Source: a virus. Taken from it: DNA of 64,000 nt. Shown piece by piece: positions 30,263 through 39,948 of this stretch. The stretch lies in the IMG/VR virus record IMGVR_UViG_3300006226_001721, positions 10,314 to 74,313 of that record; one strand, 5' to 3'. A program made the translations under genes and the position numbers. Every line of letters starts with the position of its first letter. Position 1 is the stretch's first letter. The notes under the pieces are model-generated. The model was given only the letters and a program-made list of their open reading frames with translations. It did no database searches and was not told where the DNA came from.

Positions 30263-33200
30263 ATATATTTTTCCATAGTCTCTAAAATAAGTTTTTTATC
30301 TTTTTCCCAACCAAATAAAGATAAAACATCGTCATCAGTTATTTCTCTTTTATATGATTCAAAATATGGAATACAATTAAATACTACATTTGTTGATGTC
30401 TTAAATAATAATTCACAAAATTTAATAGTTGGAAGTTGTAAATAATTATGAAAGTTTATCGCCTCTTTTTCAGTATCAAATTCAAAATATATTTGTCTTT
30501 CATTTTTTATCTTATTCACCAAATCATATTTTGGTGTAATTACATCATAAAAATCTTTTTTTCCAGGATTGCCATGGATTGGACTTAAGGCAATAACAAA
30601 CTCTTTATTTATTTTGTTTTTTCTAATATCAATACCAAAATCTAATATACTAGTATGGTCTTTAAAAAATTCTTTATTTGAGATTACATATTTTTCAATA
30701 TTTATATTTTCTTTTTGATACTTAAAACTATCTAAACAAAAATTATTTTTTATATTATTTCTAGATATGTGAAAAATTCCTAAATCCTTGGTAAAAGATG
30801 CGCCATCAAAATTTGCTAATTCTGCATTTATTTTAACGATATTTTTTATATTGCCTCTAAAATTATTAATCATTTTGTCATATTTGCTTGTTATTTTTTT
30901 ATCTTGTGTTTTTTGGAATTTATCACAAGGCATTAAACTAACAATATTTTCAATGCCAAGATCATAAATTTTATTTGTTATCTCAATAAAGAGAGGTCTA
31001 CTATCTTTTATATTTCCTGTATTATATGGCGGATTCATAATTACTGTATCAAATTTCATAGAACTTATTACCTTTATATTAAAATTAACTTGAAGATATT
31101 TTTTATGGTCTTCATTCCAAATATTCATAACATCAAATAATTTAATATTACATTCATAATTTCTCATATAAATATAAAAATCAAAATTTAATGTTCCAAA
31201 ATTATCTTTTTTATTCAAATATTTTTCAAAATATTTATTAAAATCATTATTTTGAAGAGGATACTTCTTAAATACAATAGAACTCACAGCCCTCATTGCT
31301 TCATAATCTTCAATTGAATTCACACTTTTGAAATAGTCTTCAAAAAGATGTTCGTGCTTTAGATAAACAATAATCAATTTTCTTAAATTATTTTTACCAA
31401 TAAACTTATCTAAAAGTTTACCATTAGTTAGTTTAAGAAGAAGCATCATATCAAGTACTTGTTGAGGACTTAAAACTTTTTCATCTTTTTCATTTTTTTC
31501 TTTAGATTCTTTAACACCTTTCTTTTTGTTAGTACTTTTTGCATAAGTCTCTCCAGTATCAAATAATGATTCAGCAATTTTGCTTGGTTTACTATTACTT
31601 AATCCCTCAATAAAATCAAGCTCGTGGATTAGCATATCAACTAATCCGCTTATTTGTGATTTATTGACGCCCTTGAAAAAATCTTCTTTATGTTTAATAA
31701 TAAAATCTTTTTCATAATCAGGAATTGGCTTCCACATTCCAAACTCAACATCTAATCTACTAATTGATTCTAATTTACGAATTTCAAAATTTTGATTTGT
31801 ATATGATTCAGCTAAAAGATTATTGATATTTGTAAGTGTAGGATTATATTCAAGAGATGCTCCTATCATTAATGAAGCTGATATGAAAAAGACAAATGAT
31901 TCTTTCCCAGGAACATACATTGCAATTCTAGCATTAGACTGTTCCATTCTATTGATGCCCATGTTCTCTTGGTCGACTAACCAAATAAGATAGTTAACAT
32001 TTTTGACACTTACACCACACATTGCTCGTGAGATAGTTACGAAGATAGTTTTGTCGCCATTTGCTTCATTGTCGATTAGTACTTGATTGACTACTTCCTC
32101 AAGTGATAGCTTTCGGTACTTGGCATCTATTTTAGTTCTCCAAGCTGCCGTCAAATCTACTGTCTTCAACCCAATAAATCGTTCAGTGATTTTGCATAAG
32201 TTAGTGGCGGCTTCTACACTCTTGACTACCACAAATGCGTTTTGCATTTTCTTATAGAATTGACTTTGTTTGTCAAAAAGTTTCTCTAAAAAGTCAGCTT
32301 GTTCGTGTGGCTGCAACTTTTCCATTTCAATTTCGTTTCCGTAATAAGTTAGGTGACACATACTTAATCGGGTACAGATTTTGTTTTGAATTAGTGTTTC
32401 ATTTGAGATAGATTTAACATGAGTTGGGGCGATACTATCATAGATTTTAGCTGGAACATTTGGAGTACCAGTTACGAGAATGATCTCCTTGCCTAATTGT
32501 TGAAGAGCTGATGTGTACTTTTCGTGCCACACACCCCAGTGGAATTCGTCTAATACAATAGCATCATAATCTTGAGTGATTTCTAAAAGGTAATCTAATA
32601 TAGTTTTGAACTGCTCATCATCACCAACAGCTGCGCCTATTCCTTGAATAGACTTAACTGTGAAATGCATATTGTGAAAATCGAAGAATTGGTTTGGTAA
32701 TTTCTTCCACGCATCTTTTATCTCATTAGGCTTCCCACTTACTACCAACACATTAGTTTTATTTCTCTTCATTAAGTAATATGAAGTTGTGATTGATTTG
32801 CCACCCCGTGGAGGGATGAATAATGCCTTAATGTTGTTATCTTTCAAAGCAAGAAATGCGTCTATAATTTCTTTTTGATATTCTCTATCAGTAAAGCTAA
32901 CAATGAGATAATCTTTCTTTTTCATTAAGCGAACATTCTTTTTGATGATTGTTTCAGGAAGTCCTTGAATGAAATATGAAATGATAATGTAATCGACAAT
33001 ACTTATGACAACATCTTTATCTTTAGATATGCTATCAGCTACAAAAACTTCTGGACTAAAATCGCTCGGTTTACAGTTTAGATCAACTAATATTTTATGA
33101 ATTTTCTTATCTTGACCATGAACATTATCATCATTAATATGAATATCTTTAATATATTCTTGTTGGCCTCTACCTTTTCCTTTGGAATATCTACCTTCCC

Positions 33201-33270
33201 AACCATTTTTAGATTCACCTATATTGATATAGTATTTTGAAGAGTCCCACCATGATTCATAAATGTCCAT
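30253..33270 (-). CDS. SF2 helicase fused to the catalytic/TRD half of an Eco57I-like methyltransferase
   Basis: PPRGGKS, LDEFH, VTGTP, EQSNAR; C-terminal DTVIMNPPY. Confidence 0.7.
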   Translation of the reverse strand: MDIYESWWDSSKYYINIGESKNGWEGRYSKGKGRGQQEYIKDIHINDDNVHGQDKKIHKILVDLNCKPSDFSPEVFVADSISKDKDVVISIVDYIIISYFIQGLPETIIKKNVRLMKKKDYLIVSFTDREYQKEIIDAFLALKDNNIKALFIPPRGGKSITTSYYLMKRNKTNVLVVSGKPNEIKDAWKKLPNQFFDFHNMHFTVKSIQGIGAAVGDDEQFKTILDYLLEITQDYDAIVLDEFHWGVWHEKYTSALQQLGKEIILVTGTPNVPAKIYDSIAPTHVKSISNETLIQNKICTRLSMCHLTYYGNEIEMEKLQPHEQADFLEKLFDKQSQFYKKMQNAFVVVKSVEAATNLCKITERFIGLKTVDLTAAWRTKIDAKYRKLSLEEVVNQVLIDNEANGDKTIFVTISRAMCGVSVKNVNYLIWLVDQENMGINRMEQSNARIAMYVPGKESFVFFISASLMIGASLEYNPTLTNINNLLAESYTNQNFEIRKLESISRLDVEFGMWKPIPDYEKDFIIKHKEDFFKGVNKSQISGLVDMLIHELDFIEGLSNSKPSKIAESLFDTGETYAKSTNKKKGVKESKEKNEKDEKVLSPQQVLDMMLLLKLTNGKLLDKFIGKNNLRKLIIVYLKHEHLFEDYFKSVNSIEDYEAMRAVSSIVFKKYPLQNNDFNKYFEKYLNKKDNFGTLNFDFYIYMRNYECNIKLFDVMNIWNEDHKKYLQVNFNIKVISSMKFDTVIMNPPYNTGNIKDSRPLFIEITNKIYDLGIENIVSLMPCDKFQKTQDKKITSKYDKMINNFRGNIKNIVKINAELANFDGASFTKDLGIFHISRNNIKNNFCLDSFKYQKENINIEKYVISNKEFFKDHTSILDFGIDIRKNKINKEFVIALSPIHGNPGKKDFYDVITPKYDLVNKIKNERQIYFEFDTEKEAINFHNYLQLPTIKFCELLFKTSTNVVFNCIPYFESYKREITDDDVLSLFGWEKDKKLILETMEKYIWS

Positions 33271-33447
33271 TTATTTTCCTCTTATTATTATATAAGATGT
33301 CTGTTTCGTATCCACCAAATTAAGTCTTGAATCTTCCAAATAGTGAACTGAATTGTCAATACCGGAATTCCAATTATCAAATAGATTCCTAATATAACAA
33401 GTACTGCACCAAATATGTTCCATAATTCTAATAAGAAGTTGTTCACT

Positions 33448-33936
33448 TCAGTTAGTTGTTAAAGTGTACCATGGCTTTAATTGTCCACAAGCCTCAACAT
33501 CACTCAAATATTCACCTTTAGCTAAAATGAAATTAGATCCTTTCCATTGCTCACAAGCATCTATCCACTTATCCCAGCATTTGTCCATTATAGAAAAGAA
33601 TGCAGATTCTGGATTCCGTCTTTTAGCTCTTTCTATCCACTCATCTTTCAAACTAGAATGTGGGTGTACTACTAATGATTTAGATTCTATTCTTTCTAGG
33701 ATAATGGGCAATGCATTTACGAACACAAAGTCAAATTTAGATTGTAACTGCTCAGCTCTAGCTATATAAGGATCTATCCATAATGATCCGCCACCAATAG
33801 ACCTAGCCCAGTCATACATGTCTAAATCTATGCAGCTCACTCTGAAAAAGTTGTTAAGTACATAATGAGTCTTTCCGCTACAGCTAAAAACGGCTACTAT
33901 TCTACCTTTCGACAAATTCGACATATCCAATAACAC
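33448..33936 (-). CDS. P-loop kinase-like hypothetical protein
   Basis: AVFSCSGKT. Confidence 0.45.
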   Translation of the reverse strand: MLLDMSNLSKGRIVAVFSCSGKTHYVLNNFFRVSCIDLDMYDWARSIGGGSLWIDPYIARAEQLQSKFDFVFVNALPIILERIESKSLVVHPHSSLKDEWIERAKRRNPESAFFSIMDKCWDKWIDACEQWKGSNFILAKGEYLSDVEACGQLKPWYTLTTN

Positions 33937-35143
33937 CTTTCAAATACTCAAGATAATTCTTATCTCTACACATACATTTTCCCGGACTATCACTAAGTTT
34001 TGCAACTGGTTTTCCATTAGCATAAGTCAACTTAAATACGATATTTAGCGGCTTTAGTAATCGACCAAAGTTGTTAGTTAACTTAGTTCCAATTCCAAAT
34101 GCAACTTTTATCCGCCCACCAAACCAATTATTGATAATGCTTGCATTTTGAAAATCTAATCCATCACTAAAGACAATAGTTTTAGTTTTAGGATCAATGT
34201 TCAATTTCTCATAATGCTTAATGATCTTTTCGCCAAAGGCTATTGGATCTCCGCTATCATGTCGAACACCGTCGAACAATTTCCCATAGTAAGAATTAAA
34301 GTCGTGATTAAGAAAGTAGTCAACTCCTAATGTATCACTTAAGACTATTCCTAAATCACCTTTGTATTCTTCAGCCCATTGTTGTAGCATATATTGTTGT
34401 GAATTAGCAATAGTCACACAATCAAGAGCTTGTCCTAACATCATGTATTCATGTGCCATTGTTCCAATAGGAGTTATTCCAAACTGTTTGGCAAACATCA
34501 CATTAGAAGTTCCAGAAAACATAAAGGCTGGAAAGTTCTCATTGTTGTGTTGTTCAAGGCATCTATTAATGACATATTCTTGCCAGCTTTTGCTAAAACG
34601 CCGCCTTGTTCCGAAATCACTAAAGTTGAACTTAACTGGCGAATCATCTAATACTGCTATTGAAGATTCTAATATGTCAATGCCTTCTTTGTTCAATGCG
34701 ACTTTTTCTTCCTCAGACATTTGCTCAAACTTATAGTTGAAATAGACCTCATTGACAATGGCTAATACATAAATCTCGAACATGCTAACTGACCATATTG
34801 GACCAGTTGCTATTATCTCAAGAGCGCCTTCACCATCTCGACTAATAGTAATGTAATCTCTGTTCAGACGAAATAGTCTCAAGAACTCCAAGAAGCCCTT
34901 CGCCTCTCGCATATAGTAAATGTTGCGTATGTACTTAATCTCATCATCAGTAAAAGATAGAGTGCACAGATGATCAATTTGATTACGAATCTCCCTAACT
35001 ACTTCTTCTGGCCAACCAATAGTATCTCGACATTTGAACTCGTATGTCGCATTGACATTTGGAAAGCGAGAGAAGAAAGTTCGCATCATTGACAATTTGT
35101 ACATGTCAGTATCTAATAACGAAGTGATGATAAGTCTTTTCAT
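33902..35143 (-). CDS. pncB: Nicotinate phosphoribosyltransferase
   Basis: LLDTDMYK, SDFGTRRRFS, GTMAHE, RHDSGDP, VFSDGL, FGIGT, KLSDSPGK. Confidence 0.93.
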   Translation of the reverse strand: MKRLIITSLLDTDMYKLSMMRTFFSRFPNVNATYEFKCRDTIGWPEEVVREIRNQIDHLCTLSFTDDEIKYIRNIYYMREAKGFLEFLRLFRLNRDYITISRDGEGALEIIATGPIWSVSMFEIYVLAIVNEVYFNYKFEQMSEEEKVALNKEGIDILESSIAVLDDSPVKFNFSDFGTRRRFSKSWQEYVINRCLEQHNNENFPAFMFSGTSNVMFAKQFGITPIGTMAHEYMMLGQALDCVTIANSQQYMLQQWAEEYKGDLGIVLSDTLGVDYFLNHDFNSYYGKLFDGVRHDSGDPIAFGEKIIKHYEKLNIDPKTKTIVFSDGLDFQNASIINNWFGGRIKVAFGIGTKLTNNFGRLLKPLNIVFKLTYANGKPVAKLSDSPGKCMCRDKNYLEYLKGVIGYVEFVER

Positions 35144-35838
35144 ACATAATCCTTATAGTCGTGTATCATAATTCCAACAGCCATCATATCTTCAATGGCT
35201 TGCTTGCCGTGCTCTGGGTTGACAGCAGCAATAGCATCTTTGATAACAGTCACTTTGTTCCTTGTGATTAGTCTAGCTGCAATCGCCGTTTGTTTGACAC
35301 AGTAATCTGTAGCATAACCACATATGATAATTTCTTGAAGAGGGTTTCCAGGTGCAGCACTTGCTTGCTGCAGCATTATTCCATGAGGTGTGTAGTCATG
35401 ATAGCCAGCTTGACCTTCATGTACATATTCAAATACACTATAGCATTCTCGCTCAGAGTCATATCCTTTCTTCATAATAGCATGAGCAAGGTGACCTTTA
35501 ATTGCTTCACAATATCCAGTGTCTCCAGGTTCTTTCCATTCACCAAAAATTTCTGCTCCCCAAGTATTTTGTACACAATGATTAGGCCACATTACTTGAC
35601 TGATAAACTTACTACCTTGATATGTCTGTTTCATTGTAAAGAATTCTGTTCCATGTGTAGACGCAAATGATATATGATTTTGTGGATGCCAATCTTGTGT
35701 GATTATCTTATAGTCAATATAGTCACTTGCTAAAAGTGCATTAATAGGTGCAACCGCATTCATTGCGCCTTTTATGCTTAATGCACCATCCGGGTGAACA
35801 AAATCGTTCTGTGGGTCAACCACAATCAATATTTTCAT
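35140..35838 (-). CDS. pncA: Nicotinamidase
   Basis: VVDPQNDF, QDWHP, WPNHCVQ, KKG, GYATDYCV. Confidence 0.92.
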   Translation of the reverse strand: MKILIVVDPQNDFVHPDGALSIKGAMNAVAPINALLASDYIDYKIITQDWHPQNHISFASTHGTEFFTMKQTYQGSKFISQVMWPNHCVQNTWGAEIFGEWKEPGDTGYCEAIKGHLAHAIMKKGYDSERECYSVFEYVHEGQAGYHDYTPHGIMLQQASAAPGNPLQEIIICGYATDYCVKQTAIAARLITRNKVTVIKDAIAAVNPEHGKQAIEDMMAVGIMIHDYKDYV

Positions 35839-35991
35839 ATTATACTTCCTTTAGCCTTAAGGCTATTACCTTAAATGTTTTTTCATTAATACGAACAAAA
35901 TTAAATGTTACTATATTAGGTACTTCTTTAATATTGTTAATGAACTCATAACACTCTTCTTTTGTGCCACTTACTTCCCAAGATTCAGTCA

Positions 35992-36261
35992 TTATAGTCT
36001 CCTTACTATTTCTATAACTAATTCTTTCTTATATTCTAGATTAACTAGGAAGTTAGAAAGTTCTTCTCTTAAGTCATGCTGTTCTGAAAGAGTTCGACTA
36101 TAATCATCACTGCAATCAGCACAGAACATTAGATATTTGAACTTAGTCATCCTTTCTTTTAGTTCATCCGTAATCTGAATTTGGAAAGCTGATTCTAACT
36201 TTTTAGCTGCTTCTAATCCTAAATATTCGAACCGTTCTTTTTCTGTCATTATCGTCTCCAT
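35992..36261 (-). CDS. Hypothetical protein
   Basis: ORF with SD. Confidence 0.5.
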   Translation of the reverse strand: METIMTEKERFEYLGLEAAKKLESAFQIQITDELKERMTKFKYLMFCADCSDDYSRTLSEQHDLREELSNFLVNLEYKKELVIEIVRRL

Positions 36262-36287
36262 AAAAGAGCTGCCCTTTCAGGCAACTC
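36262..36287 (-). terminator. Intrinsic terminator
   Basis: GC-rich hairpin with a U-tract after cca. Confidence 0.6.
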
Positions 36288-36292
36288 ATTCA

Positions 36293-37705
36293 TTATACAG
36301 TCAATCCAACTGCGTGGTTGACAAGTTTCTTCTTATCTGTTGTTCCATCCAACTGCATATTGAAAGCTACATCCAACCGTTTCTTAAAGTCCGGGCCAGG
36401 TTTCAACCCCTCAGCTATCAAATGAACTCCAGTCACTATTGGCTCTGGCAGTACTTGACCAAACTGTTTCACCAAGTCAGTCACACACTTATCAAAGTCT
36501 ATCATATCTTTCGTATTAGGTACACCATTCGATGCAGCAGTTCCCAAAGTATCACAAGCAGACAAGTTGAACAGTAAGTGAAAGTCTTTGCTTCCCAACA
36601 GTCGCCGTATCTTATGTACTTTCTTCATTTTCGGCAAATCATGAGCATTCATGTGCCGGCGAACTAAAGAAGCAACTCGATCAACTATCTCAGAAGGGAA
36701 CCGCATCCTCACTAGTATCTCTCTAGTCAGATCAGCACCAACTGTATCGTGATTTAGAAAGCGGCTACTACCATCAGTTTTCTTCTCACGGCAAAAAGGC
36801 TTTCCAATATCATGCAACAAAGCGGCCAACATTAGAACCAACTTCTCATTGTCATCTGCCAACGGAGCATCGAACTTACCAACTTGTCCACCACAAACTA
36901 CATCATTTGCTGCTTGAAATACGAACATAACATGGGCTAATATCGTATTGCCGAAAGGCTTCATTGTCTCAGTGTGCCAAGAGTTGTTGTGTGCCTCGTG
37001 CAGTCTTGCGGTCTCAGGAATTAGCATCTGCATTATGTTCAACTCAAACATGAGCTTAACTGTTTCAAATGCAGAAGGACCAATTAGCAACTTACTCAGC
37101 TCAGCAGTGATCCGCTCCTGACTCACACCAGAAAAGCTGCAGCCATTTAGCACGAACTTCTCAATGGCCTTCATTGCTGCCTTGTCTAAAGTGAAGCTCA
37201 GTTGACTCATGAAGCGAAAAGCACGTAAGATCCGCAACTTGTCTTCGGTGATTCTGTCTATTGGGTTACCAACAAAACAGATCTCCTTATCATGAATGTC
37301 AAGAGTTCCAGCAAATGGATCTCTCATTATCTCCTTAATAGGATCCCAAGCCATCGCATTCATTGTGAAGTCGCGCCGTGCTAAATCTATCTCAATGTCA
37401 CGGACAATCTCTATACCATCCGGCCTGCGACCATTTCCGCCAATATCTTTTCTATACTGGGCGATCTCATAAGGAATGCCATTCACAACAACGGCTGTTA
37501 TTCCAAAAGCCTCACCAATTTCTAACACCTGAAAATCTGCAAAGATGCGCTTAATGTCAGCAGGTGATGCATTGCTTGTCAAGTCAATATCGTGAGGTTC
37601 TTTACCCATTTGAAAGTCTCTGACTGCTCCACCTACTACATAGCACTCAAAGCCATTAGAGTTCAGACGGCTAGCAATCAGATTAACGTTTGCATTTTTC
37701 TTCAT
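36293..37705 (-). CDS. cca: CCA-adding tRNA nucleotidyltransferase with HD domain
   Basis: VGGAVRD, DIDL, DLARRDFTMNAMA, EDKLRILRAFRF, ERITAEL, HDIGKP. Confidence 0.88.
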   Translation of the reverse strand: MKKNANVNLIASRLNSNGFECYVVGGAVRDFQMGKEPHDIDLTSNASPADIKRIFADFQVLEIGEAFGITAVVVNGIPYEIAQYRKDIGGNGRRPDGIEIVRDIEIDLARRDFTMNAMAWDPIKEIMRDPFAGTLDIHDKEICFVGNPIDRITEDKLRILRAFRFMSQLSFTLDKAAMKAIEKFVLNGCSFSGVSQERITAELSKLLIGPSAFETVKLMFELNIMQMLIPETARLHEAHNNSWHTETMKPFGNTILAHVMFVFQAANDVVCGGQVGKFDAPLADDNEKLVLMLAALLHDIGKPFCREKKTDGSSRFLNHDTVGADLTREILVRMRFPSEIVDRVASLVRRHMNAHDLPKMKKVHKIRRLLGSKDFHLLFNLSACDTLGTAASNGVPNTKDMIDFDKCVTDLVKQFGQVLPEPIVTGVHLIAEGLKPGPDFKKRLDVAFNMQLDGTTDKKKLVNHAVGLTV

Positions 37706-37995
37706 TATATGTTCCCAAGATAGAAAACGTTGGGGTACCTCTTAATCTTTGTCTCGAAGAAGGGGTCAACGTTCTTTCCAAAAACGAGATATTTGTTCTC
37801 GTCCTGGATTTTGTTAAGTACTATTTCAACCTGTTTGCCAGTGAGCTTCAAAGTTTTGGCTATGATGTTTCTGGCGTTGCAGATTCCAATAATCTCCCTG
37901 TTTCCTACCGGGCAGTAGCCTTTCTCATTGGAAGCCCAAAGTGTGAATTCACGTTGTGGCTTCTTTTTGTTGACGGTTCTGACAGTCTTTTTCAC
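37705..37995 (-). CDS. Early hypothetical protein
   Basis: First ORF after the early promoter, AGGAGG SD. Confidence 0.55.
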   Translation of the reverse strand: MKKTVRTVNKKKPQREFTLWASNEKGYCPVGNREIIGICNARNIIAKTLKLTGKQVEIVLNKIQDENKYLVFGKNVDPFFETKIKRYPNVFYLGNI

Positions 37996-38017
37996 TTTGT
38001 ACCTCCTATTGGTTACT

Positions 38018-38054
38018 CATATATTATATAAGATTTGAAGATTAGTCGTTCAAA
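38018..38054 (-). promoter_or_regulatory. Sigma70-like early promoter, copy 2
   Basis: Same 37-nt layout as 5436-5472. Confidence 0.7.
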
Positions 38055-38069
38055 ACTTAACTAAATACT

Positions 38070-39185
38070 ATGAATGCTAATTTGTTCAACAAAATTCATG
38101 GATCTAATCTAAAAGAGGCTCGAGAGCCGAAAGAAGGCGAAATAGCTTCAAAAGATGGAAAACGAACATATATAGAATCCCATGATGCTGCTGTTCAACG
38201 ATTCGGTAGTAATGTACCTGCTAAACCAGAAGGTTATAATACTGTCTATGATAATGTTAGAGGAGTTTGGGCTCCTAATAATGATGTAGAGGGCTACGGA
38301 TATGAAGATGCTTGTCGATCAATCATGCAATCATTGCCACAAGGTTCTCCAGAACGACAACAAATGGCTCAACGCATTCAGTCATTACGAAGTAATGAGC
38401 GCACTTCAAGTTGGCTTAACATATTCAATGATCTATCAGGAGTCAATCAAAATAGCACTCGAAATTATGGAATGAATGCTGCCGGCAATCAAGCTGAAAA
38501 TGATGCTATTGTTGGTGGAGCAACTGCTGAAGAAGCCAGACGTGCTGGGAATTCTGCGGCATGGGATCAAGGGATTAAAGGTTGGGCTACTGGAACAGCA
38601 GGATTAGCTGCAGGTATGGCAGTTGGATATGCTGCAGTATTTACATTACCAGCGTTATTAGCAAAAGCTGGTCCACTATTAGCAAAGTTTGGTATTAGAT
38701 TAGGTGCAGAGGCTCTTAAGAAACTATTTGGAGAATTAGCATCATTATTCCAAAGTCTATTTGCTGACAATCCAGAATTAGATCCAGCTAATCAAATGGC
38801 AGATAACTTTCTGCAGTTTGATGTTAAGAACTTAGTCACTAAGGCACAACAGCAACAAGATGCTTATTCTAAAAGTGTAGCCACTGCACTATCACCATTA
38901 GCTAATAGAAAGAATGATGCAATCAAAGAATCTGTTCTTAAAGAAGTTGGTTGGTTGAATGCTGCTAAAGCTATTGGTAGTGGAATTAAGAATGTTGCGG
39001 GGGCTGTTGGAAATGCTTTAGGTGGAAGTGAGCAAGGACCAAATGAGACACTTAAACAACAAACTAACAATGGCTTACAATTTGATGTCAATAATCTATA
39101 TCAAAAGACAACAATGGTGAAGACTAAATACTCACAAGAGTTAGAAACAGCAATGAAAAGCCTATTACAAGGAATGCAAAATTAG
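38070..39185 (+). CDS. Probable virion internal/ejection protein
   Basis: LKE|A and LKE|V sites, Ala/Gly-rich hydrophobic stretch, located upstream of the prohead protease. Confidence 0.5.
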   Translation: MNANLFNKIHGSNLKEAREPKEGEIASKDGKRTYIESHDAAVQRFGSNVPAKPEGYNTVYDNVRGVWAPNNDVEGYGYEDACRSIMQSLPQGSPERQQMAQRIQSLRSNERTSSWLNIFNDLSGVNQNSTRNYGMNAAGNQAENDAIVGGATAEEARRAGNSAAWDQGIKGWATGTAGLAAGMAVGYAAVFTLPALLAKAGPLLAKFGIRLGAEALKKLFGELASLFQSLFADNPELDPANQMADNFLQFDVKNLVTKAQQQQDAYSKSVATALSPLANRKNDAIKESVLKEVGWLNAAKAIGSGIKNVAGAVGNALGGSEQGPNETLKQQTNNGLQFDVNNLYQKTTMVKTKYSQELETAMKSLLQGMQN

Positions 39186-39194
39186 GAGAATGAA

Positions 39195-39596
39195 ATGAAA
39201 ACATTTGAAGAGATATATCGGCTAAATGAAAAAGAATTACCGACAACTATTAATCACCCAGCAATGAAAACTCTTAAACTTAAAGGATATAAAATGGTTA
39301 TATTACCACCTGAAAGTGATCGTGAATTACCTGATGTACATGGCATACCTGATGATTGTATCGCCTATGGAAGAGGTGGAGTATTAGGAAGTCAACTTTG
39401 GATGGAGGGCGGAACTCAAGGATCAAAAGTTGGTCATAGAGACGGAACTAAAGATGGCTTCTATTGGGGAGCCAAAGAAGAGTCAGATGGTGGAAAAATT
39501 TATGTTCGAGGAAGAGCTGGAGTATCTGAAAGAGACCTTGCTAAAATGGAAATTCCAATTGTTAATTGGATTAGTGCAAAAGTTCCGAGAGTGTAA
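39195..39596 (+). CDS. Probable capsid-internal protein
   Basis: MKTFEEIYRLNE N-terminus resembles the T4 capsid targeting sequence. Confidence 0.5.
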   Translation: MKTFEEIYRLNEKELPTTINHPAMKTLKLKGYKMVILPPESDRELPDVHGIPDDCIAYGRGGVLGSQLWMEGGTQGSKVGHRDGTKDGFYWGAKEESDGGKIYVRGRAGVSERDLAKMEIPIVNWISAKVPRV

Positions 39597-39901
39597 TGGA
39601 CTATAAGATCGACTGGTCAATACAAGATGGAAAACTCGATTATGATGTCGGACGAATAGTCATATATGATGGTCGAGCTGTCAAAAGTAATGGACCGAGT
39701 AGAGATCATAATGACTTAATAACAGCATTAGCAGCTAAGTATCGTTACAAAAGATCAGACGTTGCAGGAAATGCATATCGTTACTATTGGAGACCAACTA
39801 GAGGTAGATACATAATCATTAGCCCAGTTCGTAAAATAGACGAAAACTGGTGCTATGATCATAATGAGCAATTTAATATGATAATTGATGAACTATTTTA
39901 A
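39596..39901 (+). CDS. Hypothetical protein
   Basis: Coupled ORF. Confidence 0.55.
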   Translation: MDYKIDWSIQDGKLDYDVGRIVIYDGRAVKSNGPSRDHNDLITALAAKYRYKRSDVAGNAYRYYWRPTRGRYIIISPVRKIDENWCYDHNEQFNMIIDELF

Positions 39902-39948
39902 CTAACTAATAACACAAACTCCAATTAGTGTTATATGTAATAGGAGAC

